Positions 1 to 9,426 of a stretch of DNA of 64,000 bases are shown here, piece by piece. The translations under genes were made by a program, and so were the position numbers. The notes beneath the pieces are model-generated. The model ran no database searches and was not told the DNA's origin. It was given only the letters and a program-made list of their open reading frames with translations. Source of the stretch: a bacterium (GTDB lineage Bacteria; Zhuqueibacterota; QNDG01; DSAB01); contig DSAB01000119.1 in NCBI GenBank assembly GCA_011388275.1, forward strand, positions 41,285 through 105,284, read 5' to 3'. The first letter of the stretch is position 1; each line of letters opens with the position of its first letter.

Positions 1-665
1 GCATCGGAATTGGAAACCAGTGTGAATCTGTCCAGGAATCGGCACATCCAGTGCATGGGAGGATCCGTGGAAAGGCCCGTTTCCACGGCGAATATATGGG
101 TCGACATGTCTCCATAACAGTCTTCGATGGAGTCAAATCCGGATTGACTTCCCAGAACCGAGAACCAGGGCGTCCAGATATGGGCCGGAATGAAACAGAT
201 GTGTTCTGAAATATCGAGGCATATTTCCAGGAGCCTCCTGGAATCCAGGCCGAGAATCGGCCGTCCATCGGATTTCAGATTTCCGATACGGTCAAGCACG
301 GCTGAAAGCCGCCGGACGCATTCAAAATCCGGGACAAGAATCACGTGGTGAACTTTTCGGACTTTTCCGTCACGCTTGTAGATCGTGCTGATCTCGGAGG
401 AAAGGATGAATCGCACGGTTTGATGCAGCCCCTGAGGCAGACCGGTTCGGTTTTGAAAATTCTGCCTCAATTTGTAAAGTCCGCCTCCCGCAGGTTCGAG
501 TTTCTCAGTCAATTCGGATAGCCAGCCCGGATGCGTAAAATCTCCGGTTCCGACAACCGTGATTCCCTTGAGTCGTGCCCATGCATCCAAATATTCAGGG
601 TAAAGCTGCCTGCTGGTGGCAATCGAATAATGTGAATGGATATGCAGATCAGCAAAAAACGCCAT
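1..665 (-). CDS. EndoQ/YqxK-family PHP-domain endonuclease (often fused to UvrD); N-terminal part only, runs off the window start
   Basis: Not in the ORF track; translated by hand from ATG at 665: MAFFADLHIHSHYSIATS...GTGDFTHPGW...SSEISTIYKRDGKVRKVHH...SDGRPILG...IPAHIWTPWFS...ETGLSTDP...LVSNSDA, the PHP/EndoQ motif series. Frame is open to base 1. Confidence 0.85.
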   Translation of the reverse strand, partial: MAFFADLHIHSHYSIATSRQLYPEYLDAWARLKGITVVGTGDFTHPGWLSELTEKLEPAGGGLYKLRQNFQNRTGLPQGLHQTVRFILSSEISTIYKRDGKVRKVHHVILVPDFECVRRLSAVLDRIGNLKSDGRPILGLDSRRLLEICLDISEHICFIPAHIWTPWFSVLGSQSGFDSIEDCYGDMSTHIFAVETGLSTDPPMHWMCRFLDRFTLVSNSD

Positions 666-713
666 TTGGGATCATCCGTTTTTCCATCATGCCGCACCCC
701 GGCGGAAGTCTTT

Positions 714-2954
714 TCAGCGTATCAGGAGCATCTTGCATTTCCCCACCCATTGACCCGCCTGTATTTCCGCGAAGTACACTCCTGAAGGAAGATTTTCGCC
801 TATTCCGTTCTTTCCGTCCCATATCCAGACATTTTCTCCGGGCTCCACCCGGGTTTTGATCTTTCGTACGAGCCGTCCCCGTACATCGAAAAAACGGATC
901 TGTACACGGCCGGGAGAAGGCATTTGATCAAATCGGGCTCTGATTGTTGTTTGCTGGTTGAAAGGATTGGGCGCATTTTGAAGCCGCTTAAAAGATTTGT
1001 TTTCGGATTCAACGCTTTTGACGTCCGTGAGTTGACGCATAACCGCAAAACCGTCAAGCTTTCCGTAACCCCACGCAGGATTCCATCCGCTGCCTGTCCA
1101 GGTATCCTGCTTCACGGATGTAGTAAGACGCCATTTGATCTCCGGAGTCGTTATTTGCGGTTCTGCTTCAAGCATCAGAGCGATCACTCCGGATACGTGG
1201 GGCGCGGCCATGCTGGTCCCTTTCCAGGCCCAATGCATGCTGTCCCGTGCGATGGAAGTCCATTCGGCGGGAGGATCCATGTCCCTCGACATCGCCGAAA
1301 GTATATAGGCTCCCGGAGCGCTGAGTTCCGGTTTCCATCGGGGTACCGGATCATGGCTGCTCGGTCTTGTCGGTCCAGGACTCGATGTTTTCAACCGGGA
1401 TCCGACTTCCAGGCCTGAGATATGAACGGAATCGAGACCCAGAGAGGACCAGGTATTGCGGGTGATAAAAGCCCCGACAGTCACGGCACGCCGGGCGTTG
1501 GCCGGTTCCGTGATTAGCGTCGTGGTATCCACCAGTGATGTAAATCGGGCCGGTATTGTTGTTTCGGTCATCCAGATGTCAAAACGGCCTTCACCACCGG
1601 TATACCGCTGCAGTTGAACGGTCCATGTGCCGGTCTCGATCGAGGCCTGTGCGGATGCCGTCCTGTCACTTAGGTGGATATAGAGCCTCCAGTCGCCGTT
1701 GACGTGCCTGTTTTCCGATCCATTATCCACATACAGATAGGCCCTGTCGTTCATGCTCCAGAATTCATAGGTACCGCGCATAACCGGCCCAAGAGTGAAG
1801 CCTGAAGGACTTGTCACTGTGATCATTACGGGCAGGGAATCGTGTATCCACCCTTCCAGGCTTATGCGATCCAGCGCAGATGAAGGATTGGAGTCCACAT
1901 TCATATTGAGTTCTTTGATATGAACGGGATCCTGTGAATTAAAAATGCCCATGGCGTGTATCGGTTTTTGACCGTCGTTTCCGGCTGCCGTCACAATTGC
2001 CCGACCCGGAACGGCTGTTCCATCCTGTTCCAGTGAGGCATCCAAAGCCGATTCGAAAGCGCTGCTTCCATCGCGTGGGCCCTGTTGTTTTCCCAGGCTT
2101 AAATTTATAATCGCGGGCAGACCCTCAGCGGCGGCTTTGCTGAAAATATACTGTATTCCATCGATCACCCACGTATCCGGGATCAAGCCGCGATCAGCAC
2201 CCTTGACCACAATCAGAAAAGCTTCAGGCGCCATGCCGATGTAAACACCGGCTGATTGATTGTTTCCGGCAGCCAGTCCGTTCCCTGCCGCGATTCCAGC
2301 TACATGGGTTCCGTGTCCCCAGAGATCGATTCCCGCTTTCTGGGTTCCGGATTCCAGCCATCCCTGAATATCCGCACTCGAATATTCACTTCCGTATCCC
2401 CAGGGTCCGGGAGGTGATCCGGAAGGATCGGTCTGATCCCAGCACCATAAAACACGCGTCTGTCCCGTAGAATCGATGAAGTCTCCATGGCGAAAATCGA
2501 GACCGTAATCGACGAAACCGATGATAACATTCTTTCCTTTTCTGGGTATATCCAGTGCTCCGGAATGGACGTGATGCACACCCACCGCGGGTCTGCTGAC
2601 ATCGAGCAAGGGACCGCATCCCCGAGATCCTTCCAGGTTGAACAGATTCGGGTTCCGCAGCAATTCGATCATTTGCGTTCTGTTCACCCTCGCTGTGGCC
2701 ACATTGCCCGCTATTGAACGGAGTTTCACACCGGATAATTCAAACCCGCTTCGGTTTCTGAATCGTATAAAAACTTCCTTCGATGTTTCTGCGAATTCCC
2801 GCTGAATACCCTTTTCGGTTCTCGCCAGCCATTCGCGCAGAACAGGATCCAGAACAATATCCCCATGCAGAGAAAATCCGCCAGGATCCGAATTGCCGCG
2901 CAACACTGAAGCAGCCGTCAGAAGTCCAACAAGGAACCAGGTTATCGGCTTCAT
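714..2954 (-). CDS. Secreted S8 subtilisin-like serine protease (CspA-like central insertion) with FlgD-Ig/T9SS type A C-terminal domain
   Basis: Signal peptide; triad motifs FVDYG, HGTHVAGIAAGNG, GTSMAAPHVSG; C-terminus NAPNPFN...FDVRGRLVR...WDGKN...SGVYF...KMLLIR. Confidence 0.9.
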   Translation of the reverse strand: MKPITWFLVGLLTAASVLRGNSDPGGFSLHGDIVLDPVLREWLARTEKGIQREFAETSKEVFIRFRNRSGFELSGVKLRSIAGNVATARVNRTQMIELLRNPNLFNLEGSRGCGPLLDVSRPAVGVHHVHSGALDIPRKGKNVIIGFVDYGLDFRHGDFIDSTGQTRVLWCWDQTDPSGSPPGPWGYGSEYSSADIQGWLESGTQKAGIDLWGHGTHVAGIAAGNGLAAGNNQSAGVYIGMAPEAFLIVVKGADRGLIPDTWVIDGIQYIFSKAAAEGLPAIINLSLGKQQGPRDGSSAFESALDASLEQDGTAVPGRAIVTAAGNDGQKPIHAMGIFNSQDPVHIKELNMNVDSNPSSALDRISLEGWIHDSLPVMITVTSPSGFTLGPVMRGTYEFWSMNDRAYLYVDNGSENRHVNGDWRLYIHLSDRTASAQASIETGTWTVQLQRYTGGEGRFDIWMTETTIPARFTSLVDTTTLITEPANARRAVTVGAFITRNTWSSLGLDSVHISGLEVGSRLKTSSPGPTRPSSHDPVPRWKPELSAPGAYILSAMSRDMDPPAEWTSIARDSMHWAWKGTSMAAPHVSGVIALMLEAEPQITTPEIKWRLTTSVKQDTWTGSGWNPAWGYGKLDGFAVMRQLTDVKSVESENKSFKRLQNAPNPFNQQTTIRARFDQMPSPGRVQIRFFDVRGRLVRKIKTRVEPGENVWIWDGKNGIGENLPSGVYFAEIQAGQWVGKCKMLLIR

Positions 2955-3865
2955 CGCATCTCCCGCGGATGAAAAGATTGAATGATCTCTCTCAGATAGT
3001 CCCGATCCAGATGGGTATAGATCTGGGTCGTGGTAATATCCGCGTGTCCCAGCATCTCCTGTACCGCGCGCAGATCGGCCCCTCCTTCCAGAAGATGCGT
3101 CGCGAAAGAATGGCGAATGGTATGGGGACTGATCGTCTTCTTAATACCGGCCCGCTCCGCGGTGTCTTTCAATAGTTTCCATACGGATACACGGCTGATA
3201 AAACCTCCCCTGTTGTTGAGAAACAGCCTGTCACCGCTGTGTCCCTTGCGCGAGAGCCGGGTACGCACTTCACGCTGATATCGCCTTATCCACTCCGCGG
3301 CTTCTTCACCGAGAGGAACAAACCGTTCTTTTTCTCCCTTGCCGATAATTCGGACGAATCTATGTTCTTCGAAAGAGGATTGAGTCAGAGAAACCAGCTC
3401 TGAAACCCGCGCACCCGTCGCGTACAGTGTTTCCAGTATGGCCCGGTCCCTGATTCCCAGGGGACGGCTGATATCTACGGCATTCAGCAGATCCTCTATC
3501 TCTCTGATCGATAATACGGACGGCAGGGACCTTCCTTTCTTGGGATGATCGATCGATCGGGCGGGATTTGTATCTGTCAGCCCCTCGCCAGTCAAATATC
3601 GGTGAAACATACGCAGTGATGTAATATTTCTGGCTACACTGCTTGAAGCCATCCCCGTCCGGACCAGGAGATCGATCAGCTCACGAATATGAGAAGTGTG
3701 TATTGCCTCCAAAGAACGAATATTTTGTTCCTGAAGGTATTGAAGGTAACGTTTCAGATCATTCCCATAAGCGGAAACCGTGTTTCCGGACAGTCCTTTA
3801 TCCAGCATCAGATAATTTAAAAATCGATCCAACAACGCCTGGAATGTGCTATCTAATTCCTTCAA
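2951..3865 (-). CDS. xerD: Tyrosine recombinase XerD
   Basis: RDRAILETLYATGARVSEL and HTIRHSFATHLLEGGADLRAVQEMLGHADITTTQIYTH. Start moved to TTG 3865 (GAGGAG upstream) from the ORF-track 3943. Confidence 0.92.
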   Translation of the reverse strand: MKELDSTFQALLDRFLNYLMLDKGLSGNTVSAYGNDLKRYLQYLQEQNIRSLEAIHTSHIRELIDLLVRTGMASSSVARNITSLRMFHRYLTGEGLTDTNPARSIDHPKKGRSLPSVLSIREIEDLLNAVDISRPLGIRDRAILETLYATGARVSELVSLTQSSFEEHRFVRIIGKGEKERFVPLGEEAAEWIRRYQREVRTRLSRKGHSGDRLFLNNRGGFISRVSVWKLLKDTAERAGIKKTISPHTIRHSFATHLLEGGADLRAVQEMLGHADITTTQIYTHLDRDYLREIIQSFHPREMR

Positions 3866-4484
3866 GAAACGGATTCTCCTCTTTTTCCCTTTGAATCGTG
3901 GTATCGGGTCCATGGCCGGGAAAGACACGAGTATCAGGATCAAGAATCATCAGCCGCTGATGAATACTTTCCAGCAATTGCGTCATGGAACCTCCGGGAA
4001 GATCGGTTCTTCCGACACTGTCGTAAAAGAGAGCGTCTCCAACCCACACACGATTGTGTGTAAGAAATCCGATGCTTCCCGGAGAATGTCCGGGTATTTC
4101 CAGTATTTTGATTACCGCGTTTCCAAGACGGATCTCTTCATTGTGACTGACTGAACGCGGTTTTGCAGAAACAGCCATGGGCTGATTCGTATAAGCTGAA
4201 AAATTTTTTGATGGGTCCCTGAGCATCGCAGTGTCACCCGGATGAATCAGCAGCGAAGCATTCCACCGGTCGATCAGTTTCTGCACGCCGCCGATATGAT
4301 CAAAGTGACCGTGGGTCAAACCGACGAACACAAGATTGAAATGGTTTTTCTGAATAAATGCATCAATGGGTTCACTTTCAGCCGGGTCAATACACATGGC
4401 TGACCCGTCTGAAGCCCATAAGAGATAGGTATTGGTTTGCAGATCTCCTAAAATCCACTTTTTGAAGTCTGAAATATCGGGCAT
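3849..4484 (-). CDS. MBL-fold metallo-hydrolase (glyoxalase II/YcbL-like)
   Basis: THGHFDHIGG, PGHSPGS, GDALF, PGHG motifs. Confidence 0.9.
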   Translation of the reverse strand: MPDISDFKKWILGDLQTNTYLLWASDGSAMCIDPAESEPIDAFIQKNHFNLVFVGLTHGHFDHIGGVQKLIDRWNASLLIHPGDTAMLRDPSKNFSAYTNQPMAVSAKPRSVSHNEEIRLGNAVIKILEIPGHSPGSIGFLTHNRVWVGDALFYDSVGRTDLPGGSMTQLLESIHQRLMILDPDTRVFPGHGPDTTIQREKEENPFLEGIR

Positions 4485-4532
4485 CGGGTTTTTTCTCCAA
4501 TTCCGTTTCGAACGGATCCTTTAGAAAACACC

Positions 4533-4567
4533 AACGAAAAAGCCCTTGAAATCCATGAAGGGCTTTT
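4533..4567 (-). terminator. Intrinsic terminator-like hairpin
   Basis: Perfect 10-bp stem AAAAGCCCTT/AAGGGCTTTT (4538-4547 / 4558-4567), 10-nt loop; on the minus strand GCCCTT..AAGGGC is followed by TTTTTCGTT. Confidence 0.7.
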
Positions 4568-4648
4568 GAACAGATTGGCGCATCATCGATCGGATCCGGT
4601 CTTTGGATAAAATAATTGGACGGCAGAAAAACAGCACGGATTCATCAC

Positions 4649-5083
4649 TCATTCGGACACGATGTGTTCGGCCAGTGACAAAGCGATACCTGACAGCATC
4701 ACCTCGGGGCCGAGTTTTGTAAAATCTCCCGAAAGAAGGGATGAATCCAGATTGGCATACAATGAACAAGCGGCTCCCCGTTCGATGATCAAACCGGACA
4801 TTCTACCCTTGTTTTCGCCGACAAAAGTGACTTCCCCCAGCATACTGCTGACCACGTATCCCGAACAGAAATGGAGCTGCAAGTGTGTTGCCGGTGTATA
4901 GACCGAGATCAAATTACCACGCTTCTCACCGATTCGTATTCCAGAATAGATTTCAAGCGAAAGTCTCCGTTTTTCCGTTTTATTATCAAGAATCATTCGA
5001 TAGCATTGATCTTCCTTTTGGAAAGAGGACTGAAGAACGTCTTCGATCTTTTTCAAATCTTCTTTCTTGAATTCAAACGACAT
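4649..5083 (-). CDS. Hypothetical protein (144 aa)
   Basis: ORF in the operon context; ATG 5083 with AAGGA upstream; no recognised motif. Confidence 0.7.
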   Translation of the reverse strand: MSFEFKKEDLKKIEDVLQSSFQKEDQCYRMILDNKTEKRRLSLEIYSGIRIGEKRGNLISVYTPATHLQLHFCSGYVVSSMLGEVTFVGENKGRMSGLIIERGAACSLYANLDSSLLSGDFTKLGPEVMLSGIALSLAEHIVSE

Positions 5084-5121
5084 GTTTGCTGTCCTTTTCA
5101 AGTTGGTTCATGTGAGAGGGT

Positions 5122-5697
5122 TCATGGAAAAAACCAAACAAAAGCTTCCATCACAATGCCGGAAACAACAGGAATGATAAGGTTATCATCAATATTTCTT
5201 CTCAGACCATCCAACACCAGTATAAATATAATCCCCATAATCCCCGCTATGAAGTTACTTCCCGGGATAATTAAAATAATAATTATTCCGGAAATGAAAA
5301 AAGTCAATGATCCGACAAGGGTCAGATTTCCGATCAAATGAATCTTTCCCCATTTTCTTCCAACCAAGCCTGCCAGGGCGTCGGAAACAATGACGAGCAG
5401 CAGAGCGGTCATGGCAACCCACTGCTGAAAGAAAAGAACGGCAACTAAGGAACCGATGAGCATGCAGGTCGCACCGGTCAGCCGATTCATTTCATGGGGC
5501 CTGATCAGGGGTCCCGTCATTTTATAAAACCACCTGGCAAATCGAACCGTATGGAATCGGGCCCATTCTACGATCAGAGCCGTTATCAATCCTGCGCAAA
5601 GCACAGCCACTATCCATGGTTTGGGCAAAATCCAGTAGCCCAGTGGAATAAGCAGCATGGACAGGTGAATAAACTTCCGAATAGACTCGTTTTTAAT
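5122..5697 (-). CDS. Dolichol/phytol kinase-like membrane protein (CTP-transferase/SEC59-like); probable non-AUG start
   Basis: Hydrophobic; SDALAGLVGRKWG and C-terminal DDNLIIP motifs. The family-typical ESIRKFIH lies upstream of the first ATG (5658), so the start is placed at ATT 5697, 6 nt after AAAGGA. Confidence 0.7.
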   Translation of the reverse strand: MKNESIRKFIHLSMLLIPLGYWILPKPWIVAVLCAGLITALIVEWARFHTVRFARWFYKMTGPLIRPHEMNRLTGATCMLIGSLVAVLFFQQWVAMTALLLVIVSDALAGLVGRKWGKIHLIGNLTLVGSLTFFISGIIIILIIPGSNFIAGIMGIIFILVLDGLRRNIDDNLIIPVVSGIVMEAFVWFFP

Positions 5698-5700
5698 ATC

Positions 5701-6384
5701 TTATCCTTTGCTTTTCACCAAAACATTCTGTCCGGCCTTTCGAATATTCTGAACAGCCGAAAACAGATCCTCGGCTCCGAATATGGCTGATCCAGCCACC
5801 AGGATTTCCGCTCCCGCTTCCACCACCGAAGGCGCTGTATGTTCATCGATTCCCCCGTCGACTTCAATTTGCAATTCAGCCCCGGTTGTGTCAACAGCCG
5901 ATTTCAATCTCCTGATTTTTTCCAGGGGCTCAGTCATAAATGCCTGACCGCCGAATCCGGGATGAACGGTCATGACAAGAACCCGCTCAAAAGAGTCGAT
6001 CCATAAAGGAAAATCCCCCAAAGGTGTTTCCGGATTGATCGCCAATCCGGCCTTCAAACCCAGACTATGAATTTGCCTGCACATTGCCCTCGGTTCTGAA
6101 TTGATTTCAAGATGTACAAAAATTCCCTGAACACCGCTTTTCTGAAAGGGTTCCAGATACGGTCCGGGATCATCCATCATAAGATGCGCCCAAAAAGGAA
6201 GGTCTGTACATTTTCGAATATGCCGTACAACAACCGGTCCGAATGTCAGATTCGGCACAAAATGGGCATCCATGACATCCAGATGTATTCCATCGACACC
6301 GGCCTTTTCAACCCTGCGGATTTCAGTACACAGGCATGAGAAATCCGCGGCCAGTATCGATGGATAAATTTGAATTATTGCCAT
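5701..6384 (-). CDS. rpe: Ribulose-phosphate 3-epimerase
   Basis: PSILAADF, HLDVMDAHFVPNLTFG, MTVHPGFGGQ, EVDGGI, LVAGSAIF. Confidence 0.96.
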   Translation of the reverse strand: MAIIQIYPSILAADFSCLCTEIRRVEKAGVDGIHLDVMDAHFVPNLTFGPVVVRHIRKCTDLPFWAHLMMDDPGPYLEPFQKSGVQGIFVHLEINSEPRAMCRQIHSLGLKAGLAINPETPLGDFPLWIDSFERVLVMTVHPGFGGQAFMTEPLEKIRRLKSAVDTTGAELQIEVDGGIDEHTAPSVVEAGAEILVAGSAIFGAEDLFSAVQNIRKAGQNVLVKSKG

Positions 6385-7142
6385 AGCATGGACTCCAGCC
6401 GGCTTACGACCAGATCGATGGCACTTCCCTGATTGACCTCCGAACCCGATTTTAACGACTGTTCGATGACGGTATCAGGAACATATTCGCGCTTCACGAC
6501 GAAAGATATCGATCCGATTTCCAATCCGGATTTCAGGATAATCTTTCGAGCATCTTCAAAACTTTTTCCGACTACGTCCGGAACCAGAAATCGATGCGGT
6601 TCACGGCCCAGGCTGACCGTTATGTCGATCGATGTATTTTCCGTCACTTCGAGAGATGCATGAATCGATTGATCGGAAACCACACCCCTGAGATGATAAT
6701 CATGGTATTCGTAATACACATCCCCCAGCAACAAGCCGGATTGTTTGAGTGTAAATTCAGCATCTCTCTCCGACTTTCCGATCACATGGGGAATCTGAAC
6801 CAGTTTTTCACCGGCACTGAGTGTGACATACACTCTTCTTCCATTCTTGACCCTGGAGTAAGCTGCCGGATTCTGCTGAACCACAGTGCTTTCCGGATAA
6901 GTGGCATCATAAACCGATTTTTCCACCACAATATCGAATCCATTATCAATCAGGAGACTTCTGGCTTCAGCCATCGACATCTCCGTGACATCAGGCAGTT
7001 CTCTCTCCCTTCCATGCTGTGTATAAAGCGGCATTATAAGCCAGTCCGCCAGAACCATCAAACCCATGAGTATGGCAATTGTGGCGAAAAGCCCCTTAAA
7101 CATGTTCTGATGTGTGACAATCCACTCTTTCAAGTAATGCAT
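6375..7142 (-). CDS. Membrane-anchored protein with three PASTA repeats and no kinase domain
   Basis: N-terminal TM helix, then repeats LPDVTEMS..., IPHVIGKS..., VPDVVGKS..., each ending VTLS/ITVS/LVVS. Confidence 0.85.
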   Translation of the reverse strand: MHYLKEWIVTHQNMFKGLFATIAILMGLMVLADWLIMPLYTQHGRERELPDVTEMSMAEARSLLIDNGFDIVVEKSVYDATYPESTVVQQNPAAYSRVKNGRRVYVTLSAGEKLVQIPHVIGKSERDAEFTLKQSGLLLGDVYYEYHDYHLRGVVSDQSIHASLEVTENTSIDITVSLGREPHRFLVPDVVGKSFEDARKIILKSGLEIGSISFVVKREYVPDTVIEQSLKSGSEVNQGSAIDLVVSRLESMLWQ

Positions 7143-7149
7143 GAAATCC

Positions 7150-8487
7150 TCATGAAATTTTTCTCATTCGCACGGCGAACGATCCGTCACAATCATGCAA
7201 ATCCGGCCAGGTTTCGATTCTTCCACTGTTCACCAGTGATGGATCCACAAACCGTGCGGCGTCTTCCTGAATGTAGCTTGGATGGCTTTTTAGGAAATCA
7301 TCGATCACATTTCCGTTTTCTTCAGGCAACACAGAACAGGTACTGTATATCAATATACCGCCTTTTCTCAATGCCTGATCCGCGGCATTCAACAGCTCAT
7401 GCTGGATTGCCGCAAGTTCCAATAGATGTTCGGGTCTCTTCCTCCACCGAAGTTCTCCTCTCCTCCTCAGAACACCACTCCCCGAACAGGGCGCGTCAAT
7501 AAGAACCTTGTCAACCGATTTAAAAGGCGCTTGACGCCCATCGGCCAATATAGGAACTAAATTTGTCAATCTCAATCGATTTTGATTCTCAACAATTTTT
7601 TCAAATCGGCTTCGTGATCTATCCGACGCGGCGATCAACGCATCCGGACACAACTCAGCCATATGCGCGGCCTTTCCTCCTGGAGCGGCCGTCATATCCC
7701 ACACGCTATCCCCTGGACGAACATCCATCAGGTGAGCCACCAAACCCGCGCTCACATCCTGAAATGAAAAAATCCCCTGTTTAAACTCGTCCGTATGGAA
7801 CCACGGACCGCTGTCAGCCCTGATGAATTCCTGCAAATACCCTGAAACAGTACCCTCAATACCCATCCGCACTATCAGATCCACGGCGGAATCTTTCCAG
7901 ATTCTCGAATTGATCCTGATGAACAGCGGCGGTCTCTGATTATTTGCCCGGCATATGGATTCGGCTCTTTGTATTCCGTATTGATCCGACCATCGTCGTA
8001 CCAGCCATTCCGGATGAGACTCTTTCAGGGCAAGCCTTTGAACAGGGCACTTGATGGTTTGCAATTCCGGCAGTCCGCGCCTAACAGCGGCCCGCATCAT
8101 GGCATTGACTCTTCCTCCCCAGCGACTTCCATGATGACGGGTTACCCATTTCACTGTTTCGTTGACCGCGGCATAAGCAGGTATGCGATCGAGATAAAAT
8201 ATCTGGTAAAGACCCGCTTCCAGGGCGATTCGAACTCCCTGGGGAATATTCCCCCATCGACCATGATACAGGGTTCGAATCGCGTGCTGCAAACGCGCCC
8301 TCCATCTCAGAACGCCATAAACCAGTTCCGTAGTCAGCGCTCTGTCCTGGGGAGGCCAGGGTTCTTTTCTAAAACAATTGTCCAGCAAAACATCCGCCCA
8401 TGCGTCACTTTCATCCACACGGATCAAAATAGAGACGGCTTTCTCCCTGGCATCAAAGCGGCTTTGGGTTTTCAATGGAGAATTCAT
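7150..8487 (-). CDS. rsmB: 16S rRNA m5C967 methyltransferase RsmB (NusB-like N-terminus)
   Basis: ELVYGVLRWR, FQDVSA, AAPGGKA, DAPCSGSG, YSTCS. ATG 8487 overlaps the fmt stop (ATGA). Confidence 0.93.
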   Translation of the reverse strand: MNSPLKTQSRFDAREKAVSILIRVDESDAWADVLLDNCFRKEPWPPQDRALTTELVYGVLRWRARLQHAIRTLYHGRWGNIPQGVRIALEAGLYQIFYLDRIPAYAAVNETVKWVTRHHGSRWGGRVNAMMRAAVRRGLPELQTIKCPVQRLALKESHPEWLVRRWSDQYGIQRAESICRANNQRPPLFIRINSRIWKDSAVDLIVRMGIEGTVSGYLQEFIRADSGPWFHTDEFKQGIFSFQDVSAGLVAHLMDVRPGDSVWDMTAAPGGKAAHMAELCPDALIAASDRSRSRFEKIVENQNRLRLTNLVPILADGRQAPFKSVDKVLIDAPCSGSGVLRRRGELRWRKRPEHLLELAAIQHELLNAADQALRKGGILIYSTCSVLPEENGNVIDDFLKSHPSYIQEDAARFVDPSLVNSGRIETWPDLHDCDGSFAVRMRKIS

Positions 8488-9410
8488 TCCAGTTTCAGGC
8501 CGGGTTCCATCGAACATCCGCATAAAAACGCCATCGCGGAAAGCCGGCGCTTGCCTTCCAGCTGACATTCACCGACTCGTAAAATCCCCCGGCCGGTTAC
8601 GATGTCAATACCCTCCTTTCCTGTCCAGTAAACCGTTCCCGGTCTTGATTCAGCGTCCGTATCCGTCAGTACCCGTGCTTTGTATAATTTAAGAGTCCGG
8701 TCACCCCATCGGCAAAATGCACCCGGATTCGGAGAGAGCCCCCGTATCAGATTGGTGATATTCCGCGCGCTCTGCGTCCAGTCTATACGGCAATGCGCAG
8801 GTCTTATCTTGGGTGCAGATGAGATCTCTCCTTTCTGGGGTTTGCTTTGAGCCGTTCCCTCAGCGATCGAATCGATTGTATTGACAAGGAGATCGGCACC
8901 TATAATGGATAATCGATCATGCAATTCACCGGCGGTTTCCATCGGCAGAATGGATACCTTTTTTTGCATAATCCAGTTTCCGGTATCCACTTTGCGGTCA
9001 ATAAAAAATGTGGTTAATCCGGTATTCTTCTCTCCACGAATCAGGGCCCATTGAACCGGTGCGGCTCCCCGGTATTTGGGCAGGAGTGAAGCATGAAGGT
9101 TGACCGTTCCTTTTTCCGGAATCTCAAAAACATCCGGAGGCAGAATACGGTACCCGACGACCACGAAGAGATCCGCCTTCCAAGATCTCAGGCTTCGAAT
9201 GAATTCAGAATCACTGACATCGTCCGGCTGCAGAAGAGGCAAATCATTCCGTTGCGCTTCTTCTTTGACAGGCGAGGGTGAAAGCCGGAGCCCCCTGCCT
9301 CTGGGCCGGTCCGGCTGTGTCACCACGCCTGCAATTTTATGGCTGCTCTCCATCAGCCGTCTTAATGAAGGAACGGCAAAACCGGGAGTCCCCATAAAGA
9401 CAATTCGCAT
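8484..9410 (-). CDS. fmt: Methionyl-tRNA formyltransferase
   Basis: MRIVFMGTPGFA, NLHASLLPKYRGAAPVQWA, DTG. Start set at ATG 9410. Confidence 0.96.
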   Translation of the reverse strand: MRIVFMGTPGFAVPSLRRLMESSHKIAGVVTQPDRPRGRGLRLSPSPVKEEAQRNDLPLLQPDDVSDSEFIRSLRSWKADLFVVVGYRILPPDVFEIPEKGTVNLHASLLPKYRGAAPVQWALIRGEKNTGLTTFFIDRKVDTGNWIMQKKVSILPMETAGELHDRLSIIGADLLVNTIDSIAEGTAQSKPQKGEISSAPKIRPAHCRIDWTQSARNITNLIRGLSPNPGAFCRWGDRTLKLYKARVLTDTDAESRPGTVYWTGKEGIDIVTGRGILRVGECQLEGKRRLSAMAFLCGCSMEPGLKLE

Positions 9411-9426
9411 GAACACACCTGAGAAT

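Noticed and set aside
2951-3865. xerD as marker of an integrated element, or a nearby dif site
   Set aside because: Housekeeping XerD motifs and context; no att repeats, phage genes or dif-like 28-mer seen.
4521-4769. Small minus-strand ORF (43 aa from ATG 4652, ATGA-coupled to the upstream gene)
   Set aside because: It runs through a perfect terminator hairpin (4538-4567) and has no recognisable motif; more likely non-coding, though not excluded.
6594-7502. 302-aa plus-strand ORF
   Set aside because: Entirely antisense to the PASTA gene and rsmB, no motifs or signal; shadow ORF.
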